DNA from: Alphaproteobacteria bacterium
GTDB taxonomy: Bacteria; Pseudomonadota; Alphaproteobacteria; JAREAF01
NCBI GenBank assembly: GCA_035456545.1
Contig: DATIDB010000328.1
Coordinates: forward strand, 1 to 24,073
DNA length: 24,073 nt
Reading direction: 5' to 3'
A model generated the notes under the pieces. The model worked only from the letters and a program-made list of their open reading frames with translations. It was not told the origin of the DNA and did no database searches. Shown one piece after another: positions 9,052 to 17,335 of this stretch (the stretch's first letter is position 1; each line of letters starts with the position of its first letter). Made by a program: the position numbers and the translations under genes.

Positions 9052-9064
9052 GCGGAGATAACAG

Positions 9065-9820
9065 ATGCTGGTGTTCGGCTGGCGCATTCCGATGATGGCC
9101 TCGCTCCTGGCCTGGGTGCTGCTCTGGGAGATCGCCGGCCGCGCGGGCTGGTCGTTCCTGATCCCGCCTTTCACGGACATCCTCGCCAGCCTCGCCAGGA
9201 TCGCGGCGACGCCGACTTTCCGCGACGCGACGGTCATCACCTTGCGTTCCTTCGCGATCGGCATGGCGCTCGCCATCGTCGTCGGGGTGCCGCTCGGCAT
9301 TCTCATGGGCCGCGTGCGCGCGGCCGACCGGCTCCTCGGGATCTGGGTCGATCTCTTCGTCTCCGCCCCCCTGACGGCGCTCGTGCCGGTGCTGATGATC
9401 CTCTTCGGCTTCGGCGAGCAGACCATCGTGATCACGGTTTTCCTTTTCGCGGTCTGGATCATCGCGCTCGATACGCGCGCGGGCGTGCGCCACATCTCGC
9501 CCTCATTGATCGAGATGGGGCGCAGCTTCGGCGCCAGCCCCATCGCCCTCCACGCCAAGGTCATCATCTGGGCGGCCTTGCCGGAAATCCTGGCCGGCAT
9601 CCGCGTCGGCTGCATCCGCGGCGTCAAGGGCGTCGTCATCGGCCAGCTCCTGGTCTCCATCATCGGCTACGGCGCGCTCTTCGAGCTTTACTCGCGGAAT
9701 TTCCTGATGAAGGAATTCTGGGCCCTGACGATCCTTCTCTTCGCCTTCGCGATCCTGCTCTCCGAGGGGATCGCGCTCCTGGAGAAACGCGTCGAATACT
9801 ATGCGGGAGTGAGAAGTTGA
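9065..9820 (+). CDS. Second ABC transporter permease, NitT/TauT family
   Basis: GGAG ribosome-binding site, TM helices, EAA-like loop LIEMGRSFGAS...LHAKVIIWAALPEILAG.R.G. Confidence 0.9.
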   Translation: MLVFGWRIPMMASLLAWVLLWEIAGRAGWSFLIPPFTDILASLARIAATPTFRDATVITLRSFAIGMALAIVVGVPLGILMGRVRAADRLLGIWVDLFVSAPLTALVPVLMILFGFGEQTIVITVFLFAVWIIALDTRAGVRHISPSLIEMGRSFGASPIALHAKVIIWAALPEILAGIRVGCIRGVKGVVIGQLLVSIIGYGALFELYSRNFLMKEFWALTILLFAFAILLSEGIALLEKRVEYYAGVRS

Positions 9821-10515
9821 TGACCGAGAACGGCGCCTTCGTCTTTCCGCCGCCCCCGCGGCCGAGCCTGCCGGTGCGCGGGACGGAAAAGCTGTTCCCG
9901 GTGCACCGGATCTATTGCGTCGGCCGGAACTACGCCGAGCACGCGATCGAGATGGGCCACGATCCGGATCGCGAGCCGCCCTTCTTCTTCCAGAAGAACC
10001 CCGACAACCTGGTCACGGATGGCGGTTTCCCGTATCCCGACAAGACCGCCGACGTGCACTACGAATTCGAGATGGTGGTGGCGCTCGCCAAGGGCGGGCG
10101 CGACATCGCGGTCGAGCGAGCGCTCGATCACGTCTACGGCTACGCGGCCGGGCTGGACATGACGCGCCGCGACCTTCAGGCGGAGGCCAAGAAGCTCGGC
10201 CGGCCCTGGGACGTCGGCAAGGCCTTCGAGCACTCGGCGCCTTGCTCCGAGATCGTGCCCGCAAGCGCGATCGGCCATCCCGGGAAGGGAGCGGTGCGCC
10301 TCACCGTCAACGGAGCGGTCAAGCAGCAGGGCGATCTCGCCCAGATGATCTGGAAGGTGCCGGAGATGATCTCGATCCTCTCCGGGCTGTTCGAGTTGAA
10401 GCCGGGCGACCTCATCTTCTCCGGAACGCCGGCCGGCGTCGGCCCCGTCAAGCGCGGCGATGTCCTCGAAGGCCAAGTCGAGGGCGTGGCCGGGCTCACG
10501 GTGCGGGTGGTCTAG
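9820..10515 (+). CDS. Fumarylacetoacetate hydrolase-family protein (fumarylpyruvate/acylpyruvate hydrolase, FAHD1/NagK-like)
   Basis: ATG at 9820 overlaps the upstream TGA (TGATG). Motifs RIYCVGRNYAEHA.EMG, PFFFQK, HYEFEMVV, LDMTRRDLQ, GKAF and GDLIFSGTPAGVG. Confidence 0.92.
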   Translation: MTENGAFVFPPPPRPSLPVRGTEKLFPVHRIYCVGRNYAEHAIEMGHDPDREPPFFFQKNPDNLVTDGGFPYPDKTADVHYEFEMVVALAKGGRDIAVERALDHVYGYAAGLDMTRRDLQAEAKKLGRPWDVGKAFEHSAPCSEIVPASAIGHPGKGAVRLTVNGAVKQQGDLAQMIWKVPEMISILSGLFELKPGDLIFSGTPAGVGPVKRGDVLEGQVEGVAGLTVRVV

Positions 10516-12185
10516 ACCGCGACCGGTTCGTAGAACAGCACCGCTTCGGCCAAGCCCGGCGCGAGCTCGCGCTCCGCATGCAGCAGCCGCCGCGCGACGT
10601 AGCGCCGTGCAATCGCCGCCGCGCGGCCATCCCCGCCCGATAGGGAATGGCCGGCCTCGTCCAGAAGCAGCGAGGCGCAGAGCAGGTCCGCGGTGTGGTC
10701 CAGCAGGCGCTTCGCCAAATGCTGTCCGCGGCCGGGATCGGCGCGCACGGCGGCAGAGTCGGATGCGATCTCATCCAGCAGCCGTCGGACGGGCGGGACT
10801 GCGTCTTGGACCCCGGTCGGCAGCGAGTCCAGCAGCGCGCCGATCCGAGCCGAGAGGATTGCCGCCCCTTGCGCGGGCCCGGCGAGGATGCGCAGGAGCT
10901 CCAGGGCCTGGATATTGGAGGGGCCCTCCCACACCGTCAGAACCTGCGCATCGCGCAGGAGGCGCGCGGTCGCGTATTCCTCGGTGTAGCCGATGCCGCC
11001 CAGCATCTCGATGGCAGCCGAGGCGGCGCGCACCGCTTGCTCCGCCGTCCGGTACTTCGCGGCGGCGACCAGGAGGCGCAGCCAGGCGCGGTCCTCCTCC
11101 CTCGCGGCCGTTCCGCGCCGCCACACCTTATCGAAGGCATCGGCCGCCGCGACGGCCATGAGCAGCGAGGCCTCCAGCTCCATCTGCAGTTCGAGCAGGC
11201 TCGCCTGCACCATCGGATAGGACAGGATCGGCGCGCCGAAGGCGCTGCGCCGGCCGGCATGCCCGAGAGCCTCGACGAAGGCGCGGCGTTGCGCCCCTGC
11301 GGCGGCGAAGATGTTGTGGACGCGGCTGAACTCCAGCGCCTCCATCATCAGCTTGAAGCCGCGCGGCGGCGGCGCGACCTCCTCGGCATAGGCCTCGAGA
11401 AGGTCGATCTCGCCGGTCGGCAGCCCGCGCGTGCCGAGCTTGTCCTTGAGGCGCCGGATGCGATAGCCGTTCGGCGCGCCGTCCGGCCTGATCCGCGGCA
11501 CCAGGTAGAGGCCGAGCCCGGCGCTCCCCGGCGGCGCGCCGCCAGGGCGGGCGGTCGCGATGGCGACGTCGCAGCCCGCATTGCTGCAGAAGAATTTCAG
11601 CCCGCTCAGCGCGAATCGGCCTCCGCCGAGATCCCGCGCCGCCGTTGTGCTGGCGCCCACGTCGCTGCCGCCGTCCTTCTCGGTCGCCCAGGTGCCTCCC
11701 GTCCAGGCGGTCCCGTCCATCCGCGTCAGAGGCGGGAGCCAGCGCGCGCGCAGCTCCGCCGGTGCGAGCCGGTCCAGCACCAGCGCGACAGCTCCGGTCA
11801 GCGTGACCGGGCAATGCACCGAAATATCCGCCTGCGAAAGCAGGTACCCCATGACGAAGGTCAGCAGGAACGGCTCCGGGTCGGTCCCATGATTGAGCGC
11901 GACCATGCCGTGGCGGTAGGCGTCCCGATGGATCGCGGCGTAGCGCGGGTTGACGAGGAGCCGGGCCGCCGGATCGCCCTCGGTCGTCTCGATCAGGCGC
12001 GGCGGCGCCTCGCGGTCGCTATAGGCCGCGGCGGGGTCGGCCTCCTCGGCGACCCAGCGGCCGAAACGCTCCAACCGTTCCCCGTTCTTCTCGGCCAGGC
12101 CGGGCCGGAGGCGGGCGAGAGCCTGGTGAAGAAAAACATCGTCGGAATAAGCGTTTCCCTCGCCAAAACCCCGAAGACTGCGCAT
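10512..12185 (-). CDS. Acyl-CoA dehydrogenase family protein, AidB-like
   Basis: GGAGG ribosome-binding site. Motifs ATEKDGGSDV, LSGLKFFCS, LYLVPR..PDG..NG..I.RLKDKLGT, AIEMLGG.GY.EE and RDAQVLTVWEGPSNIQALE. Confidence 0.9.
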   Translation of the reverse strand: MRSLRGFGEGNAYSDDVFLHQALARLRPGLAEKNGERLERFGRWVAEEADPAAAYSDREAPPRLIETTEGDPAARLLVNPRYAAIHRDAYRHGMVALNHGTDPEPFLLTFVMGYLLSQADISVHCPVTLTGAVALVLDRLAPAELRARWLPPLTRMDGTAWTGGTWATEKDGGSDVGASTTAARDLGGGRFALSGLKFFCSNAGCDVAIATARPGGAPPGSAGLGLYLVPRIRPDGAPNGYRIRRLKDKLGTRGLPTGEIDLLEAYAEEVAPPPRGFKLMMEALEFSRVHNIFAAAGAQRRAFVEALGHAGRRSAFGAPILSYPMVQASLLELQMELEASLLMAVAAADAFDKVWRRGTAAREEDRAWLRLLVAAAKYRTAEQAVRAASAAIEMLGGIGYTEEYATARLLRDAQVLTVWEGPSNIQALELLRILAGPAQGAAILSARIGALLDSLPTGVQDAVPPVRRLLDEIASDSAAVRADPGRGQHLAKRLLDHTADLLCASLLLDEAGHSLSGGDGRAAAIARRYVARRLLHAERELAPGLAEAVLFYEPVAV

Positions 12186-12254
12186 CAGGCCTCCCCCGGA
12201 CCGGCCCCACGCGGCCCTGCAATAACACGTAAGTCTGGCCTCTACAGGGCGCCA

Positions 12255-12300
12255 TTGCCCAAACGGAGCCGCCCGCTATGATATTCCAGATCAAATATCA
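12255..12300 (+). promoter_or_regulatory. Putative sigma70 promoter with overlapping palindromic operator upstream of the polyamine-type binding protein
   Basis: TTGCCC (12255-12260), 16-nt spacer, TATGAT (12277-12282). Inverted repeat TGATATT (12279-12285), N8, AATATCA (12294-12300). Confidence 0.5.
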
Positions 12301-12322
12301 AATCGGCAGGGAGGACTGACCC

Positions 12323-13375
12323 ATGCGCATGATCCGGAGCCTGATCGCCTTGTTGGCGGTCGTGGCGCTCGCCCTCGGCCTCGCAGGCCCCGCGGCCGCG
12401 CAGAAGCTCGTGATCTCGAACTGGGACGCCTACATGCCGCCGGACTTCCTCGAGAACTTCACCAAGGAGACGGGCATCCAGACCGAGATCTCCCTGCATG
12501 CGACGAATGAGGAGATCATGGGCAAGCTGATGGCCTCCGGCGGCCAGGGCTTCGATGTGGTCTTCGTCTCCTCGCCCTTCGCCGAAGCGCTGCACAAGCA
12601 GGGCATGGTCGCGGAGCTGGATCATTCCAAGATCCCGAACCTGAAGAATCTCTATGACGAGGCGCGCAAGCTCGGCTACGACCCCGGCAACAAGTTCTCC
12701 GTCCCCTATACCTGGGGGACGACCGGGCTGTGCTACCGCAGCGACCTGGTCAAGGGCGATCTGACGAGCTGGAGGGACCTGCTTCAGCCGACGGACGACC
12801 TCAAAGGCAAGATCACCATGACCACGACGGAGCGCTGGCTCCTGGCCGCGGGCCTGCTCGCGCTCGGCAAATCCGTCAACACCACCGATCAGGCCGACAT
12901 CGACGCCGCCAAGGCGCTCCTGGTCGAAGCCAAGAAGAACTTGCTCGCCTACGACGACACCACCTTCTATTCGAAGCTGGTCTCGGGCGAGGCGCTGCTC
13001 GTGCAGGCCTGGGACGGCTGGTGCAATTACGGCATCGCCGAGAACCCGGCGATCAAATTCGTCATCCCCAAGGAGGGCAGCGACCTTTGGGCCGACGTGA
13101 TCGTGATCATGAGCGGCTCGCAGAACCAGGAAGCGGCGCATAAATTCATCGATTACGTGCTGCGCCCGGAAACCGGCCAGTGGGTGGCCTCGAACATCCT
13201 CTACAAGGTGCCCAACAAGGCTGCGATGGAGGCGCTGGACCCGGCGCTGTTCAAGCAGTATCCGAACCTGGCTATCAGCGCGCCGGACATGCTGAAACTG
13301 GAGGAGTTGCGCGACCTCGGCCCGGCGCTGAAGATGTATTCGCGCGCGGCGACGGAGATCACCTCGGCGCAGTAG
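12323..13375 (+). CDS. Spermidine/putrescine-type ABC transporter substrate-binding protein (PotD/PotF family)
   Basis: GGAGG ribosome-binding site, Sec signal peptide. Motifs L.ISNWDAY, F.KETGI, TNEE, PYTWGTTG..Y, QAWDG, VIPKEGS.LWAD and AHKFIDY.LRPE. Confidence 0.92.
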   Translation: MRMIRSLIALLAVVALALGLAGPAAAQKLVISNWDAYMPPDFLENFTKETGIQTEISLHATNEEIMGKLMASGGQGFDVVFVSSPFAEALHKQGMVAELDHSKIPNLKNLYDEARKLGYDPGNKFSVPYTWGTTGLCYRSDLVKGDLTSWRDLLQPTDDLKGKITMTTTERWLLAAGLLALGKSVNTTDQADIDAAKALLVEAKKNLLAYDDTTFYSKLVSGEALLVQAWDGWCNYGIAENPAIKFVIPKEGSDLWADVIVIMSGSQNQEAAHKFIDYVLRPETGQWVASNILYKVPNKAAMEALDPALFKQYPNLAISAPDMLKLEELRDLGPALKMYSRAATEITSAQ

Positions 13376-13414
13376 ACGTGCCATCTTGGATGGGGAACTG
13401 CAAAACCCGGACTC

Positions 13415-13463
13415 CCTCCTCACCCTTCGAGGCTCGCTTCGCTCGCGCCTCAGGGTGAGGAGG
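13415..13463 (-). repeat. REP-like palindromic element, copy 1
   Basis: 12-bp perfect stem CCTCCTCACCCT (13415-13426) / AGGGTGAGGAGG (13452-13463) plus inner GAGG/CCTC pairing. Minus strand reads CCTCACCCTGAGGCGCGAGCGAAGCGAGCCTCGAAGGGTGAGG. Confidence 0.75.
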
Positions 13464-13514
13464 CGGAAAGGAGACGGCGAACCGGTCTTCGACGGCCTCC
13501 GCTCGATTCTTCAA

Positions 13515-13557
13515 CCTCATCCTGAGGCGCGCGCCGAAGGCGGCCTCGAAGGATGAG
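13515..13557 (+). repeat. REP-like palindromic element, copy 2 (inverted relative to copy 1)
   Basis: CCTCATCCTGAGGCGCGCGCCGAAGGCGGCCTCGAAGGATGAG. It has the same CCTCA.CCTGAGG...CCTCGAAGG.TGAG skeleton as copy 1 and resembles the CCTCATCCTGAGG...CTCGAAGG repeats I recall from Hyphomicrobiales genomes. Confidence 0.75.
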
Positions 13558-13572
13558 CCTGCACCGTCCGCC

Positions 13573-14421
13573 ATGACCCCCACACTCCGACGCGCCGCCC
13601 TGATGGCGCCGGGCCTCGGCTGGCTGGCCCTGTTCCTGCTCGTGCCCTGTCTGCTCGTTCTGGGCTTGAGCTTCTTCGAGCGCGGCGTCTATGGCGGCGT
13701 CGATTACATCTTCACCTTCGAGAACTATCGGCGCGCGGTCGACCCGCTCTACCGCTCGATCCTCATCAACTCCGGCTGGCTCGCGCTCTTGGCCACGCTC
13801 GCCTCGGCCCTGATCGGCTACCCGGCGGCCTATGCCATCGTCAAGGCGCCTCAGCATCGCCAGGCGGCGCTGCTCGTCCTTGTGATGCTACCCTTCTGGA
13901 GCAACTACCTGATTCGCACCTATGCCTGGATCGTGCTCCTGAACCGGGAGGGGCTGATCAATCGCGCGCTGGCCGCTCTCGGGGCATCCGAGCCGCTGCC
14001 GCTCCTCTACAACGACTTCGCCATCGTGCTGGGGCTGGTCTACGGCTACCTGCCTTTCATGGTGCTGGCGATCTACTCCTCGCTGAGCCGGCTCGATTCG
14101 GCGCTCCTGGAGCAATCCGCCGATCTCGGCGCCTCGCCCGCGAGCACCTTCCTGAGGATTACCCTGCCGCTCACGCTTCCCGGCCTCGCCGCCGGATCGA
14201 TCTTCGTCTTCGTGCTGTCGATCGGCAACTTCATCACGCCCGACCTGCTCGGCGGCGGCCGTCGGGTGATGGTCGGCAACCTCATCTACAAGCAGTTCCT
14301 CGCCGCGCGGGACTGGCCGTTCGGCTCGGCGCTGGCCTTTCTTCTGATCGCGGTCATGATGCTGCTCCTGTTCGCGCAGGCCCTGGTGGTGCGCAAGAGC
14401 GGCGGGGAGCGGCCGGCATGA
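13573..14421 (+). CDS. Polyamine-type ABC transporter permease (PotB/PotH-like)
   Basis: Motifs FTFENY, LIGYPAAY, MLPFWSNYLIRTYAW, YLPFMVLAIY, EAA loop LLEQSADLGAS and WPFGSALA. Confidence 0.92.
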   Translation: MTPTLRRAALMAPGLGWLALFLLVPCLLVLGLSFFERGVYGGVDYIFTFENYRRAVDPLYRSILINSGWLALLATLASALIGYPAAYAIVKAPQHRQAALLVLVMLPFWSNYLIRTYAWIVLLNREGLINRALAALGASEPLPLLYNDFAIVLGLVYGYLPFMVLAIYSSLSRLDSALLEQSADLGASPASTFLRITLPLTLPGLAAGSIFVFVLSIGNFITPDLLGGGRRVMVGNLIYKQFLAARDWPFGSALAFLLIAVMMLLLFAQALVVRKSGGERPA

Positions 14422-15203
14422 GGCGCGGGAGCGGCGCTCGGCTGCTGAACCTCCATCTCGGCCTGGTATTTCTCTTCCTCTACGGGCCGATCCTGGTTCT
14501 GGTGGCGCTGTCCTTCAACCGCGCGGGGCTGCCGACGGCCTGGACCGGCTTCTCCTTCCGCTGGTACGAGGCGCTCGCGGGCAACGCCTCGATTCATCAT
14601 GCGGTGGCGAACACGCTGATCGTCGCGGCCTCATCGACCCTGATCGCGACCGCGCTGGGCACGTTGCTCGCCATCGGCGTCGAGCGCGGCCGCGGCGGGG
14701 CGGCCCTCGACGCCGCGCTCTTCGCGCCGATGATCATCCCGGACATCGTGCTGGCGATCGCGCTGCTCTCCTTCTTCAGCATGATGAAGATGACCCTGGG
14801 CCTGCATTCGATCGTCCTGGCCCATGTCGTCTTCAACATCGCCTTCGTCGCGGCCGTGGTGCGCACGAGGCTCAAGCATTTCGACTGGGCGGTGGTCGAG
14901 GCCTCGGTCGATCTCGGGGCATCGGCGCTCACCACCTTCAGGCTGGTCACCCTGCCGATCATCTTCCCCGGCGTGCTGGCGGCGGCGCTGCTTGCCTTCA
15001 CCCTCTCGGTGGACGAGTTCATCATCGCCTACTTCACCTCCGGCGCGGGGCCGGCTTCGACGACCTTCCCGATGCGGATCTATTCGATGATCCGCTTCGG
15101 CGTGACGCCGGAGATCAACGCCGTCGCGACCATCGTCATGGGGGTGAGCTTCACCCTGGTCCTGGTCTCGCAGCGGCTCCTCGGGGCGCAAGACCGGGCC
15201 TGA
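14418..15203 (+). CDS. Polyamine-type ABC transporter permease (PotC/PotI-like)
   Basis: ATGA overlap with the upstream permease. Motifs FLFLYGPI...SFN, WTGFSFRWY, PMIIPDIV, VEASVDLGAS, AFTLSVDEF and TPEINAVAT. Confidence 0.92.
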   Translation: MRRGSGARLLNLHLGLVFLFLYGPILVLVALSFNRAGLPTAWTGFSFRWYEALAGNASIHHAVANTLIVAASSTLIATALGTLLAIGVERGRGGAALDAALFAPMIIPDIVLAIALLSFFSMMKMTLGLHSIVLAHVVFNIAFVAAVVRTRLKHFDWAVVEASVDLGASALTTFRLVTLPIIFPGVLAAALLAFTLSVDEFIIAYFTSGAGPASTTFPMRIYSMIRFGVTPEINAVATIVMGVSFTLVLVSQRLLGAQDRA

Positions 15204-16314
15204 CCGCCCTGCCGGCGGCCTCGACGATATTGGCGAAGGAGCGATAGACGAACGCGTCCGCGCCCGCTTCGCTTTCGGCGGCGGCGAGCGCGGCGACCGC
15301 CTCGTGATGGGGCGAGAGACCGCAGGCGGGATCCGTCGCCGCCGCATCGCCCAGGAGCGCGAAGGCCTGGCAGCGGCAGCCGCCCCAATCGATCTCGCGG
15401 CGATCGCAGGAGCGGCAGGGCTCCGGCATCCAATCGGTGCCGCGGAAGCGGCGGAACGCCTCCGAGCTCTCCCAGATCTCCGCGAGCGGCCGCTCGCGGA
15501 TGCTCTCGAAGACGAGGCCCGCGATCGAATCCGCGGCATGGCAGGGCAGGACCTTTCCTGACGGCGTGACGGTCAGGAACTGCCGGGCCCAGCCGCCCAT
15601 GCAGGGCTTCGGCCGCCGCGCGTAGTAGTCCGGCACGACATAGTCGATGACGATGCGCCCTTCGAGCCGCGCCCGCGCCTCAGCCACGACCGCATCGGCG
15701 GCCGCGACCTGCGCGCGCGTGGGGACCAAGGCGGCGCGGTTGGCGAGCCCCCAGCCGTAATACTGGACATGCGCGACCTCGATGCGCCGGGCGTCGAGCG
15801 CGACCGCCATCTCGATCATCGAAGGGAGGCGGTCCAGGTTCTGTCGATGCACGACCAGATTGACGGTCAGCGGCAGCCCGGCGCCGCGCACGAAGGCGGC
15901 GACGGCGCGCTTCTTCTCATGCCCACCCGCATAGCCGCCGATGCGGTCGGCGGAATGCTCCTCGCTGTCCTGGAAGCTGATTTGCACATGGTCGAGCCCG
16001 GCCGCGGCCAGAGCCTCGACGCGCGCCTGGTCGAGGAGCACGGCCGAGGTGATGAGGTTGGCATAGATGCCGAGCTCCCGCGCCGCGGCGACGATCGCCT
16101 CCAGGTCCTTGCGCGCGGTCGGCTCGCCGCCCGAGAGATGCACCTGCAGCACCCCGACCGCCGCCGCCTGGCGCAGGAGATCGACCCACTCCTGCGTGTC
16201 GAGCTCGTCCCCAGACCGCGCCAGCGCCACCGGGTTCGAGCAATAGGGGCAGCGCAAGGGACAGCGATGCGTCAGCTCGGCGAGAATGGCGAGCGGGGGC
16301 GGCATCAGGCTCAT
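15151..16314 (-). CDS. pqqE: PqqA peptide cyclase, radical SAM/SPASM protein
   Basis: AELTHRCPLRCPYCSNP (CxxxCxxC), HLSGGEP, NLITS, GLDHVQISFQ, QYYGW, SPASM motifs KPCMGGW, LPCHAA, C..C...EIDWGGCRCQA and DPAC. ATGA-coupled to pqqD. Confidence 0.97.
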   Translation of the reverse strand: MSLMPPPLAILAELTHRCPLRCPYCSNPVALARSGDELDTQEWVDLLRQAAAVGVLQVHLSGGEPTARKDLEAIVAAARELGIYANLITSAVLLDQARVEALAAAGLDHVQISFQDSEEHSADRIGGYAGGHEKKRAVAAFVRGAGLPLTVNLVVHRQNLDRLPSMIEMAVALDARRIEVAHVQYYGWGLANRAALVPTRAQVAAADAVVAEARARLEGRIVIDYVVPDYYARRPKPCMGGWARQFLTVTPSGKVLPCHAADSIAGLVFESIRERPLAEIWESSEAFRRFRGTDWMPEPCRSCDRREIDWGGCRCQAFALLGDAAATDPACGLSPHHEAVAALAAAESEAGADAFVYRSFANIVEAAGRAVRPGLAPRGAAARPGPG

Positions 16315-16598
16315 ACCGCGATGACTCCCTTGCCGACGAGGTCGCGCAGCAGCTCGAGCACGTCGTCCCGGATCACCTCGCGCGGCGCGGAGTAGTCGCG
16401 GGCCAGAGCGTCGACGATGGCGGCGATGCTGGTCGCGCCATCGACGCGCTGCAGCACGGCGAGAGCGATCTCATCCGGGATGAAGACGCGCTCGGGCGCC
16501 TGCACGATCCATTGCCCGCGCTGCGCGTTGTGTTGCAGCCGAGCACCGCGCGGAAAGCGCGGGATCGAGCCCTCGCCGATGAGGGGTCCCATGCTCAC
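16311..16598 (-). CDS. pqqD: PQQ biosynthesis peptide chaperone PqqD
   Basis: P.FPRG.RL.....RGQW...APERVF.PDEIA..VL..VDG..SI..IVD.LA..Y.AP...I..DV. Located between pqqC and pqqE; GTGA overlap with the pqqC stop. Confidence 0.93.
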   Translation of the reverse strand: MSMGPLIGEGSIPRFPRGARLQHNAQRGQWIVQAPERVFIPDEIALAVLQRVDGATSIAAIVDALARDYSAPREVIRDDVLELLRDLVGKGVIAV

Positions 16599-17335
16599 GA
16601 CGCTCCTTGCGGACGAAATGCGCCGGGCGGCGGCAACCCCGGCGTCACATAGGCGTGGTGCAAGGCGTCGAGCTGCGCCCAGAGCAGGTCGGTCTTGAAG
16701 GAGACCGCGGCCAGGACCGCCTCCTGCCGCTCGCGGCTTTCGGCGCGATCCAGCACCCAGTCGAGCGTGAATGCCACATCCTCGGGCGCCTCCTTCAGCC
16801 GCCGCTGGAAATAGGCGAGCGTCCGCTCGTTGGCGAAATCGTAGTGCTTCAGGAGCCCGGCGATGCGCTCTTCGTGAATCGCCGGCGCGAAAAGCTCGGT
16901 CAGCGAGGAGGCGATGCCTTCGAGAAGGCTGCGCTCGCGCACGAACTGCACATAGGCGTCGACCGCGAAGCGCACGCCGGGTAGCAGGCCCTCATGCCGG
17001 AGCACCTTGCTCCGATCGAGCCCCACGGCCTCCGCCAGCACCAGCCAGCGCTCGATGCCGCCTTCATTTCCGGGGCCGCCGTCATGCTCCTCGATCCGCT
17101 TGCGCCAGGAGCGGCGCAGCGCCGGATCCTCCATGCGCGAGAGCAGCGCCGCGTCCTTCAAGGGTATGCGCGCCTGATAGTAGAAGCGGTTCAAGACCCA
17201 GGCCTGCACCTGGCCGCGATCCAGCTTGCCGCCATGGAGCAGCCGGTGAAAGGGGTGCAGGCTGTGATAGCGCTCCTCGCCGATGCGCCGGATGCGGGCG
17301 AGGAACTCCTCTCGGCTCCACGGGGCGTCCGTCAC
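16595..17335 (-). CDS. pqqC: Pyrroloquinoline-quinone synthase PqqC (246 aa)
   Basis: GTG at 17335 overlapping the pqqB TGA. Motifs YH..HPFH..L..G.L, W..NRFYYQ..IP.KDA, HDG, GGIERW, SSLTELFAP.IH.ER, YF..RL and FK.D.LW..LDA. The track's 535-aa ORF is an upstream read-through artefact. Confidence 0.96.
   Translation of the reverse strand: MTDAPWSREEFLARIRRIGEERYHSLHPFHRLLHGGKLDRGQVQAWVLNRFYYQARIPLKDAALLSRMEDPALRRSWRKRIEEHDGGPGNEGGIERWLVLAEAVGLDRSKVLRHEGLLPGVRFAVDAYVQFVRERSLLEGIASSLTELFAPAIHEERIAGLLKHYDFANERTLAYFQRRLKEAPEDVAFTLDWVLDRAESRERQEAVLAAVSFKTDLLWAQLDALHHAYVTPGLPPPGAFRPQGAS

Noticed and set aside
10512-10515. Convergent FAA hydrolase and acyl-CoA dehydrogenase genes share a palindromic CTAG double stop
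   Set aside because: Four-base convergent overlaps are common in compact genomes and imply no functional link.
164-13423. Very long overlapping or antisense ORFs (164-2533, 4163-5638, 10647-12281, 12242-13423 and others)
   Set aside because: They lie wholly over well-supported genes, lack motifs and ribosome-binding sites, and are expected from GC-rich codon bias.
13376-13572. Repeats considered as a CRISPR mini-array or IS ends
   Set aside because: Only two inverted, non-identical copies, with no regular spacers, cas genes, transposase or target-site duplication. A REP-like unit fits better.
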